Assembly (NCBI GenBank): GCA_963575745.1
Contig: CAUYUJ010000002.1
Coordinates: 434,001 to 498,000 of the forward strand
Direction of reading: 5' to 3'
DNA: 64,000 bases
Source: Prorocentrum cordatum
Lineage: Eukaryota
The notes under the pieces were generated by a model. It did no database searches, was not told where the DNA came from, and worked only from the letters and a program-made list of their open reading frames with translations. This document shows, piece by piece, positions 11,118 to 25,357 of this stretch. Made by a program: the position numbers and the translations under genes. Numbering within the stretch: position 1 is the first letter of the stretch; every line of letters starts with the position of its first letter.

Positions 11118-12943
11118 GCGCGGGCTCCTCCGCGGGCCTCCCCGAGCTGGGCGGCGCCCGCGCGGCCACCGAGCTGGCCGCCGTGCTGCGGCTGCCGCAG
11201 GGCGCCGTGCGCGCCGCGGGTGCCGCCCAGCCGCCCACCGAGCCGCGCAGACGCCGCGCCGCCGTGCCGTCACGCCTTCCGTCGGGCACGTCCCTCTACA
11301 GGAGGAATGTTCAAGAATGATCAAGACATAGTCTGGGGACGATTTTTCGATTTTGGGGTATGCTTTTATTCCTTGAGGGTATGTTAGTGTAGTTTTCAGG
11401 TATGTTTGAGTAGTTTTTTTTTGTAGTTTGGGGGATGTTCTTGTTGTGGGGTATGTTGCGTAGCTTTGAGTAGTTTTGGGGTATGTTTTGGAAGTATGTT
11501 TTGAGGGTGTGATTTTTCGATTTTGGGGCATGTTTAAGTAGTTTTGAACTTTTTGGGGGTAAGCTTTTATCCCTTTCGTCCAAAATCCGCCTGTAGGGGG
11601 ACATGCACGCCGCCTCCGCGCCGCCCCCGCGCCTAGGGGAACGAAGAATGACACAAACATAAAAACTCGGAGGTCCGCGCGGAGTTCTCGGATCCGCGCT
11701 GGGACCCCCCTGGCGGCGTCTCCGGCGCCGCCCCTAGCGCTCCGCGCGCCAAGGAGGGGGGGTCCAGCGCGGATCCGAGAAGCATCTGTCAGAATCGCCA
11801 GATCTCAGAGGTTACCGATCTGTCCCGATCCTGACTTCGTTTCATGCTCCCCCCTCCCCACCCCTCCCCGAAGACCGCCGCGCCTCAGGCATCCGTCAGA
11901 ACCGCCGGATCTCAGAGATATCCTGGCTTCGTTTTATGCCCCCCCTTCCCCTCCTCCCCGAAGACCGCCGCGCCCCAGGCATCCGTCAGAACCGCCAGAT
12001 CTCGGAGATTCCCGATCTGTCCCGATCCTGGCTTCGTGTTATGCTCCCTTTCCCTCCCCCCGTCGCCCCTGCCCCCTCTTCAAGATCCCCAGAGGTCCAG
12101 ATCCGCTCCCAGGGACCAGCTCCTCCTCCCGAGTGGTGTTTTTGTCGCCGGCCCTCGGGCCTCGGGCGAGGGGCCCCTGGGGGGCGGAGAAGTGCCCCAA
12201 AACTTCTTGTCGTTGTCTTTTCGCCACGAGAGGAGGTCGGGGACTCCGAGGAGGCGGAGGAGGAGGAGGAGGAGGAGGAGGAGGAGGAGGAGGAAGGGGA
12301 GGAGGAGGAGGAGATGGAGGAGGAAGAGGAGGAGGAGGAGGCGGAGGAGGAGGAGGGGGAGGGGACTCCGAGCGATGAAACGCTGCCCCGAGCTGACGAA
12401 GCCCCGCAAGCGTGGAGAAAGGGAAGCAACGCAGAGAGCGCATCTGAGTTTTTAACGATTGATGAGGATGAGGATGATGCTGATGCTAATGGTGTTGATG
12501 ATGCTGATCATGATGATGCTGCTGATGATGATGCTGATGATGATGATGATGGTGGTGGAGGGGGTTTTGATGATTATGATGATGCTCCTGATGATGATGC
12601 TGATGATGCTGATGATGCTGCTGAGGATAATGGCGCCGCCGACGACGACGGCGATGACGAGGATGTTGATGATGTTGCTGATGGTGATGCTGCTGCTGCT
12701 GACTGGTGGTGGTGATGGTGATGATGAGGATGATGCTGATGATAATGGTGATGAGGATGATGATGATGATGATGCTGAGGATAATGGCGCCGACGACGAC
12801 GACAATGCTGATGCTGATGATGATGTTGACACTGATGATTGTGACGATGATGGTGATAATGATGATAGCGGAGAAGATGATGGTGATGGTGTTGGTGGTG
12901 GTGGTGGGGTGATGGTGATGGTGATGGTGATGGTGATGATGAC

Positions 12944-12977
<34 letters not shown>

Positions 12978-13333
12978 CTGTTGATGATTATGACGGTGAT
13001 TTTGATGATGATGGTGTTGATGATGAACATGATGCTGGTGATGTTGATGCTGGTTAAGATGATGCTGATGCTGATGATGGTGGTGATTATGATTATGATG
13101 ATAATGATGGCGACGACGATGATGATGTTGATGATGATGATGATCGTGATGCTGATTATGCTGATGATGATGATGATGATGCTGATTTTGATCGTGACAA
13201 GGATGCTGATGATGCTGCTGATGATGCTGCTGCTGCTGATTTTGGTGATGACGATGATGATGAGGAGGAGGATGCTGATGCTGATGCTGATGCTGACGAT
13301 GATGGTACTGATGATGATGGTGGTGGTGGTGAC

Positions 13334-13388
<55 letters not shown>

Positions 13389-16300
13389 GTGATGATGGTG
13401 ATGGTGTCGGTGATGGTGATGGTGATGGTGATGGTGATGGTGGTGATGATGATGAGGAGGAGGAGGAGGAGGATGAGGAGGAGGAAAGGAGGATGAGGAG
13501 GAGGAGGAGGAGGAGGAGGAGGAGGAGGAGAAAGAAGGAGGGAGCAGAGAGGGGAGAAGGGAAGAGGGAGGCGAGAGGAGGGAGGAGGAGGAGGAGGAGG
13601 AGGAGGAGGAGGGAGAAGGAGGAGGACGAGGAGGAGGAGGAGGAGGAGTAGGAGGAGGAGAAGGAGGAGGAGGAGGAGGAGGAGGAGGACTCCCTCCCCC
13701 TAGAGGCGCCCGCTGGGCCCCGCCGCACGAGCCCGCCCCCAGCGGCTGCGCTGCGGCTGGCCTCGACGTGGACCTTGATCTGCTGGCCGAGGCGCCGCCG
13801 CTTGCCACCGCCGCAGCCGCCGCAGCTCCAGGGCAACGCCGGGGGGGACAAGCTGGGCCTGGTGCCAGCCGGGGTCGACTACACGCAAGAGTGACCTATC
13901 GCAGAGTGACCCTTTGTGCGGACCCGTTGGGGTCCTGATCGCCGTACGCGATGCGGTAGTAGCGTCTTGCGCGCTTGTGTTTGGTCCCCCGATTAGCCCA
14001 GGAAAAGCCGCGCACCAAAAATCACTCTTGCCCAGGGTCACTCTTGCGTGTAGTCAATGGGGGTCTCTGGTGACCCAGCACTGGTTCAGGTTCTGGGTTG
14101 GGGCAAGTTTTTGTTGTTGCCTCTTGCGGGCTCTGGGAGCCGCTTTCGGGCCCCGGGGCCGTCAACAACGGATCCGGAGTGAAAGACTGCACATGATGGA
14201 CCCCAGGAGGGGTCTAGGGATCGATTTTGAACTTGGATCGCCCCGCTCGATCTGCTGCCAGCCATCACCTTGAACCCCCCAGCCTAAATGCCTACGCATC
14301 ACCGTGGCATGCCTAGGCATGGCCGTGTCGATGCCTCGGATGCACAGGTATCCGCATGGGTATGCCTACGCATGCACAGAGGGATGCGTCCATGGACGTA
14401 GCTGAACGTAGCTGGGCGTAGCCGATGTCTAGGCATCGGCTTGGTGATGCCTAGGCATCGAGCTGGCGATGCCTCGGCATCGGCAAGGGGGTGCGCAAGA
14501 TAGGCATCAATGGTTCGCGGTAACAGAGCCGCTGGGCCGCGCCAATCTTGAACGGAATCGCATTTTGTCGTCCCGTTTTGACCGGTTTTCTCGGACCCCT
14601 CCAGCTCAGACCCTCCCGCCGCCTCCAAGCCTGTAAGGAGGATCGCGCCGCGTCGCGAACGCATCGGCGATGCGGCTCGACGTGGAGCCCGATTCTCTCC
14701 ACGCCGACGGCGCCGATGCATCGCCGACGTCGCCGATGTATCGGCGATGCGGCGCGATCCTCCAACCCCATCTGCTCGGACGCTATCTGAGCGACCAACA
14801 GCACACGGGGCCGTCTGCGCCGACATTGGCGCGTGAGCTGCCCGCGTAAGGTCGCGCGTGAGCACCCTCGCTTCCAATGTGGCGTGTCGCGCTGGCGGCC
14901 CGCGTAGGCCGCCCCGTAAGTCCGCCGCGCCATCTCGCGTAAGACCCGTTTTGGATCGTCGCTCGTGTGAGAGGCCTCCAGATGTGCTCAGGGGGGAAGG
15001 GTCGACCCCCAGTCGCCCGTTCGCCGCCGAGGGGGACCCGATGGCCCACCTCGCCCAGGGCCGTGCGAATATTCGCGACTAGGGGCCTATCACCGACCTA
15101 TCGGCGATGAATCTGTCGCCGATTCAACGTCAGTGTTTGCCCGCTCGAGCCGATCCCCCGCTAATGTTGCTTCTTGTCGTCGTCGTTATCGTCGCGGCGT
15201 CGTCAGCGTCGGCGGCGGCAGCGTCAGCGTCGTCGTCGTCGTCGTCGCCGTCGCCGTTGCCGTCGTCGTGGGAGGAGGATTGGGAAGAGCACGGTGTGGC
15301 GGAGCATGGTCAGGAGCAAGAGGAGGCGGTGGAGCACGCGTGGGAGAGATCCCCTTCCCTCCCTCTGCGCCTCCTGGCTCCCTCCCTGCCCTCCCCCTCT
15401 CCTTTCCCTCCTGCCCGCTCTCCCCCCCTCCCTCTCGCACCCCAGCGTCGCCGGCATGCAGGCCCTGCGGGTTGCTGGCGCACGGTGTGCGGGGGGAGGG
15501 CTTCGACTCTGGCAGGGAAGAGCCGCATGCGCGCGTGGCCCAACGTACAAACGAGCTGCTACCACAAGGGACGCGAAAGGAAGAGCGAAGCTCCTTCCTG
15601 GGGGGGCTTCGACTCTGGCAGGGAAGAGCCGCATGGGCGCGTGGCCTAACGTGCAAACGAGCTGCTGCCTCAAGGAGCGCGACAGAAAGAGCGAAAACCC
15701 TCCCTGCCCCGCCCCCCCAAACGCGCCCGGGCGCACGGCAGCGCCAAGGGAGCAACCATGAAGGGGACGCGGGGAGCGGCGAATCCCTTGCGAGACGAGG
15801 CGTTTCGTCATTTCAGCGTCTGGACAGCGCCCGCTCATTCTCTGCCTCCTCGTCCTCCTCTCCTCTCCTCTCCTCTCCTCTCCTCTCCTCACTAGTTACT
15901 CCCTCCTCCCTCCTCCTCCTCCTCCTCCTCCTCCTCCTCCTCCTCCTCCTCCTCCTCCTCCTCCTCCTCCTCCTCCTCCTCCTCCTCCTCTCCGGGGACT
16001 TGCCGGAAAAAGGCGGACAGCGACCCAAAACCGCTTGCGCCACGTTCGGGGCACGTGCAGGGAATGCCAGGTGCGCCTGCGCACGTGACAGCACACATCG
16101 GGAAGCACTGCCTGCACACGTGACAGCACCATCTTTGTCGAAAGCCACTGCCCGTCGGTGTGTCCAGTGGGCCTGCGCACAGCAGGCGACGGGCCACCAC
16201 CCCCGCCGTCAAAAACCACTTGGCAGTGATTGCGGGGTGGCCGCGCACGATCCAGATTTCGCCGCGATGTGCATTTTATGCTGATTTTGTCAAGGAGGGT

Positions 16301-18854
16301 AGCCCTGCGCACAGCAAGGAATATGCTGACACTCCCGCCGTCCCTGTCCAAAACCTTAACAAGGTGCTCGCGGGCCCCACGAACATGACTCCAGACTTTG
16401 CCCCAAAGTGTACCCTGTATGTTTTTTTGACAGGGATGGTGGGGGGAGGGGAGGCGCATCGGGTTGGCCGCGCATGCTCCAAATGTGGAGACAAAGTGCT
16501 TTTTGTGTATTTTGCTTACAGGGATGGTGGGGGGGGGCCCCATGGGGTTGGCATGGTTCCGGGTTCGCCGCCGGCCGGGTGGGGGAGCAGGTGTATACGA
16601 ATAGGGAACAACGATCAAGACACGTACCTAGAACCTAGATGGTAAGCCGTCTAGCTCACTGCCACCCGCCTCGCAACACATGAGTAACACCCGAGCCCGA
16701 GCATGTTCATCGGTCGTCTCTGGGTGGGCAGCTACTGGGAACCAACCAACACCGAGCCCATGACCGCGACGCTGGTGCGAGGTGCGCCACGCGTGCCGGG
16801 CGCGCCACGTGCGCCAGGCACCACTGCAGCCCGAGCGTGCCAGACACGTTTGGTGCGCCAGATGCGCCTCGTGCCTCCGCGTCCGCCAGGTGCGCCGCAG
16901 ACTCGAGCCGCGCCAGGTGCGCGACGTTCGGGGCACGTGCAGAGTGTGTCAGGTGCGCCTGCGCACGTGACAGCACACATCGGGAAACATGTCGGCCACC
17001 ACCGTCTTCGTCGGAAACCAATGCGCATTATTGTGTTTGGTGGGCCTGCGCAGCAGGCCACGCGCCACCGTCCCCGCCGTCCCTGTCAAAAACCACTTGG
17101 CAGTGATCGCGGGGTGGACGCGTGATCAAGATTTCGCCGCGGTGTACATTTTGTATTGTTTTTTGCCACGGATGGTAGCCCTGCCCATATCGGACAATAT
17201 GTTGACACCCCCGCCGTCGTTGTCAAAACAGAACAATACAAAGTGCTTGCGGGCCTCACGAACATGACTCCAGACTTTGCCCCAAAGTTTACTTTGCATT
17301 ATTTTGTTGACAGGGATGGTGGGGGGCCCGCATCGGGTTGGTTGCGCATGCATCGAATTTGGGGGCAGGAGTTTTTCGTATTGTTTTTTGACAAGGGTGG
17401 CTGGGGGGATGCGATCATGGGGTCCTCTTTGTTCCTGGTTGGCTGCGGGTCGCCTTGAGGAGGGGTGTATGTATTAATAGGGAGCACTGATCAACTCCTC
17501 CGCGAAGGATAACAATGGGGTTGGATGAGACAGCTCTCTACACCACCTACACCCAGAGGGCTGGTGAGATTAGACCGGCCATAGCAGCAAATTTGCCCAA
17601 CAGCGGATGATGGGCCGTTCCTCTTGAAAACGGAATTACTGCGGGAAGGTTTTTGGAATATGATTTTGATTTGTCAAGTACTGTACAATTGGCTAGAAGG
17701 ATGCAGGGCATCTCCTTTTCAATGTGGGATTCTTGCCTGAAAAGCAAGCCCGTGCGGTCGTCTTTTAAGGGGGCGTCTCTCGCAGTGCGCAGAAATGCTT
17801 GCAGGGACTTCCGAGGAGGGAACTTGGGGGAGGGGAGGGTGTGTCGCAGCATCGGTGATACATCTTGGGTCTCCTCTTCCTCCCTCTCCTTCATCACTCG
17901 TCCTCAGACCAGTCGCCTCTCCTCCCACCTTCCCCTCCTCCCTCCTCTCCGGAAGCCCGATAATGCGGACCCGCGGAGGTCTCGACCCTTTCCCCTTGGA
18001 TTGGCGTGTCATTTGCGGTCGTTGTTTGACGGTCCGGAGGGCCGCTGGGGCCCGGAGGCCGACCAGCATTTTCCGTAGGTTTTTGTTGGTGTTGATGGAC
18101 ATAGGGGATTTTTCTTCCCATTGTGGTTTGCTTCGTGACCCCAATCTGCGTCGATTAGGGTCGGGGCTGCAGGCATAACGTGCAAAGGACAACTCGGGAA
18201 CCGACCACGGAAGACAGAGTGCAGCACAAACGTGCAACACAGCAAATTCACTGACCAGCTCAGACGCAGCAGCGAAGCTGGAAGGTGCCGCTCTCTGTTC
18301 CGTTGCCTCCGAGGTTCGAGGCGTAGGCGTGTTGCACGGGTGCTCTGACATCTCCGGATGGCCCCATCGTCGAGCGAGGCTAGCGACAACCTCCTTCCCT
18401 ATCTCGTGGTGTCGCTGTGATGCTTGCTACCAGTGCACGTGCCAGCGACTACCACATAGACCAACACCTGATGGGTCGACGATATGCTAGAGTTCATCCG
18501 CACAACATGTGGAGGAGATTTGATAAGCAGTGGCGGAGATGTGTGAGAGCTGGAATATGGCTACGTATACACCAGAGCAACGAAGCGATCGCCGGTGATC
18601 GGATGAGCGGCGCCCTGGAGCCACCCCCCAGCCCCCGTGCGGCTGCCCATTTGGGCGGAGTGGGAGTCGCCTCGCCTCGCCTCGCCTCCTCCCTCCTCAG
18701 GCCGGCCGCGGGGAGAGCTGAGGCCCGAGGCGACGGGCAGCGGGGCAGCGGGCGGTTTGCGTGCCGCTGCCTCGCGCCGCCTCCGCCGAGGCGCTGCCGC
18801 CCCTGCAGGGCCTCGAGCAGCTGCTGCAGCCTCTCTGGCGCCCGCCGCAGTCAT

Positions 18855-18896
<42 letters not shown>

Positions 18897-18904
18897 GCCG
18901 TCGC

Positions 18905-18936
<32 letters not shown>

Positions 18937-19029
18937 TCGTCGTCGTCGTCGATGTCGTCGTCGTTGCCGTCGCAGTCGCAGTCGCCGTCGCCGTCGCCGT
19001 CGCCATCCCCGCCGTCGCCGTTGCTGCCG

Positions 19030-19061
<32 letters not shown>

Positions 19062-22000
19062 ATCGTCATCGCGGTCGTCGGCAGCGGTTGCGTCGTCGTC
19101 GGCGTTGTCGGCGGCGGCGCCGCCGCCGCGGAGGTGGAGGACCGGAGGAGAGGGAGGAGGAGAGGGAGGAGGAGGAGGAGGAGGAGGAGGAGGAGGAGGA
19201 AGAGGAGGAGGAGGAGGAGGAGGAGGAAGAGGAGGAGGAGGAGGAGTAAGAGTAAGAGTAAGAGTCCCAGGACGTTGTCCTAAACGAAACCTCTCGCCTC
19301 CCCGAGATCAGTGGACGATGACCACGGAGACCTGAAGCGACGACGCCTGCGGGAAAGACAACCTCGAACAATATTTCACCACATTGCAGGTACATCATCA
19401 AGCCGTCTGGTAGTTTCCCCCGAGAGCGAAGCAATGCAGACCGAAGGCAATGTTGACGCCGCCTGTCTCACCAAGAACTGAATCCAGAAGGCTGCGGCCG
19501 TCACACCAACACTCCCACCAACATACAAAGCTGAAGCGAACATTGAACTACACTGACAGGGGAATACGTGTGCCGAAGAGGGCATTGAAAACGAAACCGA
19601 AGGATAGACATGGCCGCGCTCTTCACCATCATTGAGTAACAGGCCAGCACCGTAAAGACGATGACGCGATACCCAGCACCCTCAGGTTCCTCGAAATTGA
19701 ACCCACGATGCATTTGCCGCTGAACCCCAGGCGGTGTGCCGCTAGGGAACAAAAAGCCCTTGGCACGCCGACCGCCTGGGAGGGCACCACCACTGACCAG
19801 AGTAGCAAGCCGCTGAACCTCAGGCGGTGTGCCACAAGGGAAACCATCCCCTACCACGCCGACCGCCTGGGAAGGCAACCACCAGAAAGTCCCAGAGCCA
19901 ACAACAGCTGGAATAAGAACAAACGTAACTACCTTCTCCGCTTTCGCCTTGAAGAAGCCCACAAACAGCAAGACAGCACCCTGCCAGAATAACATACAAA
20001 TCTGCGTAGCCTGACCCTGGAACCGTCCCTCTTCGCCAACCGGTTGAGCGTCGCAAAGACGAGGATGCCGCTCGGGTACCACCCAAGTGCCACGTTGAGG
20101 CTGAGACGAGGCTGGGGCTCCCAGCACAAATCGACTACGGAAATGGCTGCGAACCTGCGCCGCACTTGAGAGGAGGAGGAGGAGGAGGAGGAGGAGGAGG
20201 AGGAGGAGGAGGAGGAGGAGGAGGAGGAGGAGGAGGAGGAGGAGGAGAGGAGGAGGAGGAGGAGGAGGAGGAGGAGGAGGAAGAGGACCAGTGCAAACCC
20301 GAGACTCATCAACGATGTCGGAATACATTTTCCCTCCAAGCTTTCTTTTGATAGGCCCCACACCACGGCTCATTTCCACTGCGGGAACTGCCTCGTTGGA
20401 AGACAACCGTTTTAAGACCCTGAAGCATACTAAAACAATGCTCTCGGGATTTCAACGCCACGGATCAACCTGACTGTTGCGTCTTGACGATCTTGAATCG
20501 CGAACACCACCCCTGAGATTTCAACACAGCGAATCAACGAAACTGTTGCGCCCTCAAAATCCGGAATCCGTTCAGAAACATTATGGTTGGCATGCTGATC
20601 ATGGGAACCCGTGCAATTCTTGCAATTTGTTGAACATAATGTTCGCGGCGCTAAGACGAGAGCCACATTCTGACAAGGAACCGTCCTCAATCCGTGAAAC
20701 CCTTACAACTTTTGAAATCCAATGTGCGCCGCGCTAAGGCGAAAGCCACATTTTGAAAACCACCCGCCCTCAATCCGTGAAACTCTTGCCAATGTTGACA
20801 AGAAGACGCGAGGCGCTAAGGCGAGAGCCTCATTTTGTAAACCACCCGCCCTCGATTTGTGAAGCTGTTGTCATGTTTCAAGCTTCAGGGTCATACATGG
20901 TGAATAAGTCTCAGGCGAAGCGCCCGGCCCGCTCTAAAAACTGGCCTCGGGATGCGACAGGATGAAGTTGCTTATAAGGAAAAGGGATGGAGGAGGAGCA
21001 GGAGGAGCAGGAAGAGGAGGAGGAGGAGGAGGAGGAGGAGAAGGAGGAGGAGGGGGAGGAGGAGGAGGAGGAAGAGGAGGAGGAGGAGGAGGAGGAGGAG
21101 GAGAGGGAGGAGGGTGCGCCCCCCTTTCCGCGGGTGACGTGCCCCACGCGGCGCCCGTGGAGCGGCGCGGGGGCTGTGAGATCGGGGCTCGAGAGTCAGG
21201 CGATCGCAAACATGGATTAAGGGGGCGTGGATTAGCGAAGGGTCCCGTTTCCATGGGCAACCGCTGATTTCGGCCGCCGAGCGAGGCGTCACCGGCCGCA
21301 TTTTGGGGAGGGCACCTCCCGCGATCCATGGATTTGGCGACCCGCGCCAAATCCATGGATCGCTAATCCTAGATGGGGTCGGAGTAGATGGGGTCGCAGG
21401 ATCGTGCCGCATCGCCGATGCATCGGCGACGCATCGGCGATGCATCGGCGATGCATCGGCGACGCGGCTCGATGTGGGACCCACTTTTCTCCACGCCGAC
21501 GTCGCCGATGCATCGCCGATGTATCAGCGATGCGGCGCGATCCTCCGACCCCACCTGCTCCGACCTCATCTAGGCGGCCTCTAGAGATGGGGGTCGACGC
21601 AGGCGGGGGTCAGCCAGAAGAGCGCCGGATCTTACAGGATGCTGCAGGGCCAGGGTCGCACAAACAGGGGTCTGGGCACAGGATCCTGCAGGACCCCGCG
21701 CCTTGACCCGGGTGTGGGTGCAGGATCTTTCAGGATTCTGCAAGGCCCGACTGACCCGGGTTTGGGTTGACCCGGGTCAGAGGATCCCCGATGAGGTCTG
21801 GCTTTCCCTCCTTCCCTGGGGCCGGTGGGGTGCAGGGCTGGACTGGCAGGCAGGTGGCCGCTCAGGAGGCTCCCTTTCCAGACCCCTTCGCGCTGCGAAC
21901 AAAAATCACGACGGGAGGTTTTTCGCTACGTTCGGGCTCCGGGAGCCCTCACCAGGCCTCGGGACTGTCAAACCACGACTCAGGATGAAAAGCCGGTCCC

Positions 22001-25000
22001 GGTGAAGGGGTCCAGACATTTGGGGGTCGGCGTTGCGAAAACATTCGCGACTTTGTAACAAAATTCACGGCGCTGAGGGTCGAAGTTGCGGCTGTATAGT
22101 GGCCGGTGGGGAGGCTCCCTGGGGCGCTTCGGCAGGGGAAGGGCCACTGCAGGAACTCGGGGGGGGGGCCAAAGGTATCCTCGTCCCAAGGTGTCCCCAG
22201 GATTCCCGGAGAGGCCCAGGTGGCCTCCAGAGCACCCCTCACGAGGCCCAGAGGTCCCATGCAGGGGTCCCAAAATGGCGCGAGAAGCCGGGGACACCTC
22301 GGATCGGGGACACCTCTGGCAGCACCCGGAGGGACACAACTTGTCGTAGCTCCGCGCGGAGTTCTTGGTTCGGCGCTGGACCCCCTTGGCGGCGCCTCTG
22401 GCCCCGCCCCTGGCGCCCTCCGCGCGCCAGGGAGGGGTCAGAGACGGGGGCACCTCCGATCAGGGACACCTCTGGCAGCACCCGGCGTAACACAATTCGT
22501 CGTAGCTCCGCGCGGATGTTTTGGATCGGCGCTGGACCCCCTTGGCGGCGCCTTTGGCGCCGCCCCCTGGCGCGCTCCGCGCGCCAGGGAGGGGGTTCCA
22601 GTGCCGATCCAAGAAAGCAAGGGAGGAAAAACCACGCTGAACGGCCCTGGGCGTTGACTAAACAGCCCTGCCCTGTTTAATTCCTTCTTTGCGTGCGTTT
22701 ACCAAACGGCTTCGCGTGTCGGGGTGGTTACTACCAGGGTAGATTTTCTGCCCTCTAAGAAATCCACGCGGACCTCCGAATGTTGTTCTTTATGCAGCGC
22801 TTGCTTTTTGATTCGGTCCCTGGGCCCTCAATCTCGAAGGCGGACGAGGCTCCGTCTGGCTGCGCATCCATGGGGGCCGGCGTGCTCGAGGGCTTCACCT
22901 GGTGCCGAGGGCACGGGCGTCTCGCCGGGCCCCGCCCCAGGGATGAGGAGGGCGGATAGACGCGAGAAGGTGTGGGGAGAGCGTGTTGCTGCGGTAGCAG
23001 ATCATAGGAGCCTCATATTCTGCCCTCGAAGTTTCCGTCTATCGATTGCATTCGCGTCGACGAGCGTCTGGCAGTCGATCCGGTAGCGCCGAGTTGGCGC
23101 CGAGCAGAGTCGATCCGCAAGAGCCAACAGGATGGCATGGGAGGCTCCCATGCATTGCCGTTGGGGGATCCCCCTTCCCCCCCTCCCTCGCGCTCGTGCC
23201 CCTTCGGGAGAGGCTCCCCTTCCTCCTCCTCCGCCTCCTCTTCCTCCTCCTTTTCCTCCTCCTCCTCCTCCTCCTTGTCCTCCGTCCCCCGCCCACAGCC
23301 CTCGCGCTCGTGCCCCCGTCGGGAGAGGAGGGCGAGGTCCGGGGCGACGATGGCGCTGGGGGGGCAGGCCCAGACGGGGATGCACCGACCCCCCCCCGAT
23401 CGCCCCAGCCCAGGCCTCGGCGGTGGGGGCCCGATGCAGTCAGAGTCCTTACTGAGCGACGTTCCAAGGCTTGCCCTTGCACCCTTTGCCTGAAATCGGG
23501 GGCGTCCCTCTACAGGAGGAAAATTTGAAAAACGATCGAAAGATAAGATGGGGACAATTTTTACCTAACAGCTTTTGCTGATAGGTTTCTAGTGGTGTCA
23601 AGAGAGAGCATCATGACTCCTCAGGGGGGTCTGGGCGGGTGCCGGGGAGGAGAACCGGGAATCGTTTTTCGCCAACAGTCACGCACTTCGTGCTCTTCGA
23701 CCTCCCAGAACTCCATTCCCGGGCCACATTCTGGAGAACCGGGAACAGAGCCGGGCTCGCTTTTCGCCAACAGTCACACACTTCGTGCTCTTCGACCTCC
23801 CAGAACTCCATTCCCGGGCCACATTCTGGAGAACCGGGAACAGAGCCGGGCTCGTTTTTCGTCAACAGTCACACACTTCGTGCTCTTCGACCTCCCAGAA
23901 CTCCATTCCCGGGCTACATTTTGAGTGCCCGGAGCCAACTGTAGGCCACTTCGTGCTCTTCGAGTTCCCAGAACTCCATTCCCGGGCCACATTTTGGATG
24001 CCCGGAGCCAACTGTAGGCCACTTCGTGCTCTTCGATTTCCCAGAACTCCATTCCCGGGCCACATTTTGGATGCCCGGAGCCAACTGTAGGCCACTTCGT
24101 GCTCTTCAAGTTCCCAGAACTCCATTCCTGGGCATGATTTTGAATGCCCGGAGCCAACTGTAGGCCACTTCGTGTTCTTCTAGTTCCCAGAACTCCATTC
24201 CTGGGCCACATTTTGAATGCTGAGGCAGGCTGATGCTGCGGCCGAGGCAGGCTGAGGCTGAGGCAGGCTGAGGCTGAGGCCGAGGCTGAAGGCAGACTGA
24301 GGCTGAGGCTGAAGCAGACTGAGGCTGAGGCTGAAGCAGGCTGATGCTGAGGCAGGCTGCAGCTGAGGCTTAGGCTGAGATGCAGGCTGAGGCTGAGGCA
24401 GGCTGAGGCTGAGGCCGAGGCTGAAGGCAGCTGAGGCTGAGGCTGAGCAGGCTGAGGCTGAGGCTGAGGGCAGGCTGAGGCTGAGGCAGGCTGAGGCTGA
24501 GGCTGAGGCAGGCTGGGGCTGAGGCTGTGACTGCGACTGCCGTTGCCGCTGCGACTGTCATCGCGAATGCGACTACGACTGCGAGAACAGCAGAATTCTA
24601 CAACTGGATTTTCATCTGAATATTAAGAGGAATGCTTTCAGATATGCTTCTACATATCGCTGTTAGGTTGCTTTGCCTGGATAATTTGAGTATGTTTGAG
24701 TATGTTTGATTATTGTTTGATTGCTTTATTGTTCCTCCAAAGTCAGCCTGTAGGAGGACACGCCGACCTAACCTTTGCCCTTCGTCCTAGCCTTGGCCAG
24801 CCCCTCGGGGTACCCCTAGCATGGCCTTCCAAGGCCCTTGCATCTGTACCGCGCATCTTTACTACCGAATTTGACTATCTCCCACCCCGCCCAGGAACGT
24901 GCGGGTTCGCTATTGGGGGCCTAACGCCGATCTCTCGGCGACGTATCGCCGAGTCCAGCTCGTTGCCCCTCAATGGGAGGAAGAGAGGGGGGGGACGAGA

Positions 25001-25218
25001 GGGAGGAGGAGGAGGAGGAGGAGGAGGAGGAGGAGGAGGAGGAGGAGGAGGCCTTCCCCTTTTCCTCTGACCAGGGGCAGCAGCAGGAATCAAGTTCGCA
25101 CCGTTAGCGTTGGGAGGAGGAGGAAGAGGAGGAGGAGGATCAGGAGGAGCAGGAGGAGGATAATCCCCTCCCCCATAAGGGGAGGAGCAGTAGAATAGAT
25201 TGACAGGAGGAGATGGAG

Positions 25219-25285
<67 letters not shown>

Positions 25286-25287
25286 GG

Positions 25288-25357
<70 letters not shown>

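Noticed and set aside
12459..13808. 345-aa poly-Met and 440-aa poly-His ORFs (and similar poly-E/P/R/S ORFs throughout)
   Set aside because: Translations of (GAT)n/(GAG)n/(GTC)n microsatellites, open by composition alone.
23650..24220. CRISPR-like array
   Set aside because: The spacers are copies of each other, the context is eukaryotic and there are no cas genes. It is a minisatellite.
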